From a virus: DNA of 64,000 nucleotides. Below, in pieces: positions 59,655 through 64,000 of this stretch. Location of the stretch: the IMG/VR virus record IMGVR_UViG_3300036985_006427, positions 45,966 to 109,965 of that record; one strand, given 5' to 3'. Both the position numbers and the translations under genes were made by a program. A model generated the notes under the pieces. The model did no database searches, was not told the origin of the DNA, and saw only the letters and a program-made list of their open reading frames with translations. Positions within the stretch are counted from its first letter, which is position 1; the number at the start of each line of letters is the position of its first letter.

Positions 59655-59753
59655 ATCTCTGTGATGTAAGGCAAACATGCCCGCACTCAGTATTCGTCCT
59701 GAGAAAACGAAGAAAAGCAGGGAAATGAGGGTTTCGAAGTCCCTCCAGAGATC
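59655..59753 (+). ncRNA. tRNA-like RNA with pseudoknot in place of anticodon loop
   Basis: ATCTCTG/CAGAGAT acceptor, ATGT/ACAT D stem, GAGGG/CCCTC T stem with TTCGAA; insert pairs CTCAG/CTGAG and TTCGT/ACGAA. Confidence 0.7.
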
Positions 59754-59766
59754 TTTAAAAAAGCCA

Positions 59767-59873
59767 GCCTATTACATTGGTTCGAATCCAATACGTTAGA
59801 ACGATATATCGTTCGTCGCAAGATGACCGGATGATTCCGGTTGGGCGTTCGTCTAGTGGTCAGGACGATAGGC
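59767..59873 (+). ncRNA. Circularly permuted tRNA-like RNA
   Basis: T arm ATTGG-TTCGAAT-CCAAT precedes D arm GTC-TAGTGGTCAG-GAC; ends GCCTAT/ATAGGC pair as the anticodon stem. Confidence 0.7.
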
Positions 59874-60003
59874 ATTTTTTTAAAAAAAAGGGGGGGGCCT
59901 TTTTTATTTCGAGTTATTTAACGTTAACGATTCACGATAAAAATAAATAAAAAATTCCCTGACCAGCTCTTGACATTCAATTGCCTTGTGATACAATACA
60001 CAC

Positions 60004-60168
60004 ATGAGAACAATCAAAGTGCATTTTTCAAATGGTTACCATCTGTTCACCAACATCAATGGTACGAACGATCACATACTCGCGTATTACATTGGGAAAG
60101 AATTCAATCTTGGTAATGGTGAGCATGATCTGATGGCAGTGGCCACAAAAGTTGAGTTTGTCGATTGA
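60004..60168 (+). CDS. Small early protein (54 aa, probably leaderless)
   Basis: MRTIKVHFSNG...; ATG 6 nt after TACAAT. Confidence 0.7.
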   Translation: MRTIKVHFSNGYHLFTNINGTNDHILAYYIGKEFNLGNGEHDLMAVATKVEFVD

Positions 60169-60198
60169 CTTTCCTTTTACTGATGGTATAATCACCCT

Positions 60199-60477
60199 AT
60201 GAAAACAAAACCGACAACAGAATCAAAAGCTAACAAAATTAATTTTTCAATGGTGTTCGTCCCTCCTGAAAAGGACTCTATTGAATACGGATCGGAACTG
60301 ACAGAATACAACGAAGCTAGAGAGTGGCTGGATCAATTTTACCCGTGTACGCAGCGGACAATTGCAACGGGGCGGAAAATCCTGCTGATTGTCGGGACGG
60401 AATCATACGTTGAAGAAGTATGGTCAATGAAAAAAAACAACTATCAAGGTGTCTGTTATCTAGAGTGGATACTGTAA
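60199..60477 (+). CDS. Hypothetical early protein (probably leaderless)
   Basis: ATG 6 nt after TATAAT. Confidence 0.7.
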   Translation: MKTKPTTESKANKINFSMVFVPPEKDSIEYGSELTEYNEAREWLDQFYPCTQRTIATGRKILLIVGTESYVEEVWSMKKNNYQGVCYLEWIL

Positions 60478-60536
60478 CACCCTGTGTTTCCTGAGCAGGG
60501 TCTTGACTTTCCTTTTACTGATGGTATAATTCAGCC

Positions 60537-60746
60537 ATGACTATAACACACGCCGAAACAAGATACTACCAAACGCCACCAGAAGAAAAAACGGTACAGC
60601 AATGTGCCTCACATGGTGATGATCATGCCGCCTATGGCTGGAGCAAACAGATCGACCCACGTTGGTCTGAAGAACAGATTGCCGCATATCGAGAGGCTTA
60701 TGCGAAAGGTATTGAGGCCAAGAAGTCTAGAAGTCTAGAATTCTAG
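60537..60746 (+). CDS. Hypothetical early protein (probably leaderless)
   Basis: Preceded by the same 28-bp promoter as 60199. Confidence 0.7.
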   Translation: MTITHAETRYYQTPPEEKTVQQCASHGDDHAAYGWSKQIDPRWSEEQIAAYREAYAKGIEAKKSRSLEF

Positions 60747-60756
60747 ACCATAAATA

Positions 60757-60873
60757 ACCCGGCGTCAGTCGGGTGACACACAGGGGGCTTTAGGCCTAGG
60801 GCCATCACGGTTAAATCTCGAACTGTCGCGGCGGAACGAGCACCTAGCACGGGGAAACCCTAATACCCTGTGT
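60757..60873 (+). ncRNA. Candidate multi-stem ncRNA
   Basis: ACACAGGG/CCCTGTGT closure, CTAGG/CCTAG, CTCG/CGAG and a GGG-GAAA-CCC hairpin. Confidence 0.5.
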
Positions 60874-60891
60874 TTCTTTCAGAAACACTAT

Positions 60892-61024
60892 GCCCACTTA
60901 GTTTATGCCAGCGAAAACACAAGAGCGGACTCGGAAGCACGGATCGATACGTGTGGAAGGCGACAGCCTAATTACCTGTCAGCAAACCAATCTTGAAAAT
61001 GGGGTGCGAAGCCCTGAGTGGGAG
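60892..61024 (+). ncRNA. tRNA-like RNA with 66-nt insert replacing the anticodon loop
   Basis: CCCACT/AGTGGG acceptor, GTTT/AAAC D stem, CAAGA/TCTTG anticodon stem, GGG-TGCGAAG-CCC T arm. Confidence 0.65.
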
Positions 61025-61264
61025 CTTATGAATTAGCTAAACCATGCGATTCGCCCGAAATGGCGGCGGCATTCGCACAATAAAAAAAAGGGGGGGCCCT
61101 TTTTTTTGCAATTGCAACGCGAACAAAGGATTTTAAATATATAAAAATAAATAAAAAAATCCCTCAAAAATCTGGAGAATGATCTTGACAGTGGTTTTTT
61201 AAAATAACTTTCAAAATTATACGGTATCACTTGACAATCACAATGAGCATGGTATAATTCACAT

Positions 61265-62047
61265 GTGGAGTTTGTGTTCATTCAACCAATCGAGAGAATT
61301 ATGAAATATTCACCTGCCAACGTCAAAATCAAAGCACTTGCCAACGTTCCCGCAATTGCGAAGTATCTTCCCAAAGGCAAGAAAGTTTACAGTTTTGATA
61401 TTCTTTCTGGACATTCTTGTCCGTTTGCGAATGAGTGCCTTTCCAAGGTGGTCGAGACTCCATCGGGTTTCCGCATTCAAGACGGTCCAAACACAGAATT
61501 CCGTTGTTTTTCTGCTTCTCAGGAAGTCATTTTCACAAATGTGAGAAAGCTACGTTCTTCGAATTTTTCAGAATTGAAGGGATTGACATCGGCGGAAATG
61601 GCCGCTAAGCTTTCCGAAGCCATGCCAAAAAATCTTGGCGTTTGTCGCGTTCACGTTGCCGGTGACTTTTTCAACCAGAATTATTTCAACGCATGGTTGA
61701 CTGTTGCTGTTGCGAATCCTGACAAATTGTTTTACGCATACACGAAAAGTCTACCATATTGGGTTAATATGATCGGTATGATTCCAGAGAATTTTGTGCT
61801 GACCGCTTCTCGCGGCGGACGAAAAGACGATATGATCGAGACTTACAATCTTCGCTCTGTCAAGGTGGTTTTTCATCCATCCGAAACAATTCTCGAAATC
61901 GACCATACGGACGAACACGCTGCAAACCCTGACACTCGAAATCAGGATTTTGCCCTTTTGATCCACGGAGTTCAACCGAAGGGTTCCGCAGCAGGAAACG
62001 CGGTAAAAATCCTAAAATCCGAAAATGTCCAGTTTTCCTATTCTTGA
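61265..62047 (+). CDS. Gp88-family protein
   Basis: SCPFANEC...CFS, RVHVAGDFF and FYAYTKS motifs recalled from the phage GP88 family. Confidence 0.75.
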   Translation: MEFVFIQPIERIMKYSPANVKIKALANVPAIAKYLPKGKKVYSFDILSGHSCPFANECLSKVVETPSGFRIQDGPNTEFRCFSASQEVIFTNVRKLRSSNFSELKGLTSAEMAAKLSEAMPKNLGVCRVHVAGDFFNQNYFNAWLTVAVANPDKLFYAYTKSLPYWVNMIGMIPENFVLTASRGGRKDDMIETYNLRSVKVVFHPSETILEIDHTDEHAANPDTRNQDFALLIHGVQPKGSAAGNAVKILKSENVQFSYS

Positions 62048-62147
62048 TGGTACGGTTTTTCTCATGGTTTTTAAATAGGGTCGCAAGAATGACGCAGTTT
62101 CTTGTTATGGTGTTTTTCTTTGTTATCGTTCAATCAGTCTCTGAAAA

Positions 62148-62603
62148 ATGGTCAAAGGAATAATTATGCCCGTTTCAATTGCCAAAAAGCCCTTTGCGGA
62201 AAATAGCCGCCAGATTTTGGAACTGGATTATATAAATCCCGAAAAAAAGGTTCGGGTATACCGTAATTTGCACAAAAAATGTTTGAGTGTAAAACAGGAC
62301 GGTATTGTAAGGTGTCACGCAAGCTATGTTTCTTTGAAGGATTGTAGTTTTATTGTAAACGCGGCGGGACAAAACCGCGTTCGGACAGAAAAACGAAAAA
62401 ATGTTCATAGTTACATTGAGGGTCTTATAATAGACTCAAAAGAATATAAGAACAATCTGCCCTATGAATGGCAACCCTTATATTATAACCCTTATAAAAC
62501 TGATCATTGGGTCGAGGTTGAATCGGGAAAATATGTAGCGTTTGCACGATTGGTCGAGCTGAATACGATTTCCGTTATAGGTTTCGATATAGTTTATAAA
62601 TAG
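62148..62603 (+). CDS. Conserved hypothetical phage protein
   Basis: VYRNLH...SV...RVR.EKRKNVH...YNPYK pattern. Confidence 0.7.
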   Translation: MVKGIIMPVSIAKKPFAENSRQILELDYINPEKKVRVYRNLHKKCLSVKQDGIVRCHASYVSLKDCSFIVNAAGQNRVRTEKRKNVHSYIEGLIIDSKEYKNNLPYEWQPLYYNPYKTDHWVEVESGKYVAFARLVELNTISVIGFDIVYK

Positions 62604-62775
62604 GTTTATTTCGAAGCTTCGCACAAAATTCAACGCCGAAAGGGTTCACAAAAAATAAAAAAGGGGGGGCCCTTTTTTTTGTGCAACAATTTGCCGCCCG
62701 TCGTTTTAAAAAAAAATGTCAGAAAAAATAAAGTCGAACGCTTGACATTGACGATACATACTGTATACTACACGT

Positions 62776-62997
62776 ATGGAGACTACGATGAAAATTGATG
62801 TTTGTTGCAAATGGTGTGAAAAATCCTACGAACTGGAAGTGCCCGACAAGGGTTTCCGTCTTTGGAAAAAAGGAGAATTGATTCAAGATGCGATGCCAGA
62901 ACTTTCTGCCGATGAGCGAGAACTTCTCATTTCTGGGACTTGCGGAAAATGTTGGAATGTGATGTTTGGCATTTCTGAAAATGATGATCGAAAATAA
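62776..62997 (+). CDS. Small Zn-finger protein (probably leaderless)
   Basis: CKWC...CGKC with LIQDAMPELSADERELLISG. Confidence 0.75.
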   Translation: METTMKIDVCCKWCEKSYELEVPDKGFRLWKKGELIQDAMPELSADERELLISGTCGKCWNVMFGISENDDRK

Positions 62998-63086
62998 TTC
63001 GGGATGAGTGTTGACAACGGTGAATTTTGTGGTATAATTATCGAAGTGAGTTGGTTACAGTTTTTTTCTTTGATAGGGTTTTCAAG

Positions 63087-64000
63087 ATGAGCAATGTACA
63101 GGTTTCCGAAGTTTGTGGTTCAGTCAACGCAGCTTTCAACTTCAGTGTTGACAAGTTTCCATTGTTTGGGCCAGAGAACATGAGAACTGATCAGTACGGT
63201 CTTTTTCGTAGTGACACTGGTTACATCAAAGGAGTGAAGTCCGTTTCTCCACGTTACGTGCCTCACACGACTGACGATGTTTGTGCTCTGGTGGAAGCCG
63301 CGAGCGATGCCTTCGAAGGTGAAGTTGAGTGCAAGACTCATTGGAGTCAGGGTCACTACGTAAGTGTGGCTCCGAGTCGTGACCTGCGAAAGTCAATTTT
63401 TGGAAGTGCTGACAACATCTTTCCTCGAATTGTTATTCGTGCGGGTTATGATGGACAGGCGTTCTCTGGCACAATGGGGTACTATCGTGACGCTTGTAGA
63501 AATCTGGCGATCATGCGTCAGGTTTCCGGAACGAGCGTTTCGATTCGTCACACAAGTGGTTTGCGTAGTTCGATGGACGAATTGATCTCGACGTTTGGCA
63601 AGCTGTCTCTGGGATGGGAAAAGCTTGTTGAGATTGCGGTTGAAATGCAAAGCCGCGAAGTTCGAATGGTGGAATTTTTGGATCAGATCTACGGTCGTCC
63701 CAGCGATGATCAGTTGACGCTGAGTGCTTCGGGTCTTGCTGTTCGAGCGGTCACGGTTCACAAAAACCGTACTGAATCGATTTGGAATCGTCTGAATCGT
63801 GAACGTGTTGCGACTGGTCGTCCTTCACTTGTTGGCGATAAAGTTTCCGTGTGGGAAGCTTACAACGCTATTCAAGGCTTTGTTCAGCACGATGCACAAA
63901 GCAAAGAAGGGTTCAAGAGCGAATTCGCTAGAATTCTTCGGGCGTCAAACGACACTTCTGTTCGTCAAGCGGAATCGCTGGCTCTGTCATTGATCGCAGC
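63087..64000 (+). CDS. DUF932/DUF945-family protein, runs off window end
   Basis: Not in ORF track (no stop). MSNVQVSEV...GLFRSDTG...VSPRYVPH...GYDG...RDACRNL...IRHT...WEAYNAIQGF; promoter 63011-63038. Confidence 0.8.
   Translation, partial: MSNVQVSEVCGSVNAAFNFSVDKFPLFGPENMRTDQYGLFRSDTGYIKGVKSVSPRYVPHTTDDVCALVEAASDAFEGEVECKTHWSQGHYVSVAPSRDLRKSIFGSADNIFPRIVIRAGYDGQAFSGTMGYYRDACRNLAIMRQVSGTSVSIRHTSGLRSSMDELISTFGKLSLGWEKLVEIAVEMQSREVRMVEFLDQIYGRPSDDQLTLSASGLAVRAVTVHKNRTESIWNRLNRERVATGRPSLVGDKVSVWEAYNAIQGFVQHDAQSKEGFKSEFARILRASNDTSVRQAESLALSLIA

Larger units (their letters stand above)
52986..62683. repeat. Eight dispersed A-tract/G-run/C-run/T-tract palindromes
   Basis: Copies at about 52986-53018, 55306-55333, 56379-56403, 57425-57452, 58644-58669, 59882-59909, 61079-61107 and 62647-62683. 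Confidence 0.95.

Noticed and set aside
60795-60865. Pistol ribozyme (TAGGG...TTAAAT...CCCTAA)
   Set aside because: I could not build the P1 helix or the cleavage-site junction convincingly.
52986-62683. CRISPR array or integron attC array
   Set aside because: Repeats are over 1 kb apart and homopolymeric, lack the attC RYYYAAC/GTTRRRY ends, and no cas or integrase gene is seen.

Overview
This 64 kb window comes from a large tailed dsDNA phage using the standard genetic code. The long tape measure and lack of a recognisable sheath gene suggest a siphovirus-like virion. Positions 1-51355 form one minus-strand late block: a sigma-like factor, GDP-mannose 4,6-dehydratase, HNH and ERCC4 nucleases, ClpP-like protease, terminase, portal, protease/scaffold, major capsid, many Ser-Gly-rich fibre-like proteins, tail tube, chaperones, a 2792-aa tape measure and a >1868-aa virion protein running off the left end. 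Transcription switches strand at about 51400, where a ~440-nt highly base-paired non-coding segment lies. Positions 52000-64000 are a plus-strand early-type region of small ORFs behind strong TTGACA-N16-TATAAT promoters, many apparently leaderless. This region is punctuated every ~1.05-1.6 kb (one 2.3 kb gap) by an A-tract/GGGCCC/T-tract palindrome. The most unusual part is 58785-61024. It holds two near-canonical tRNAs interleaved with four tRNA-shaped RNAs whose anticodon domain is degenerate, replaced by a pseudoknot, replaced by a 66-nt structured insert, or opened by circular permutation, plus three other multi-stem RNA candidates. All calls come from manual motif reading and hand-folding; no searches were run and the host cannot be determined.
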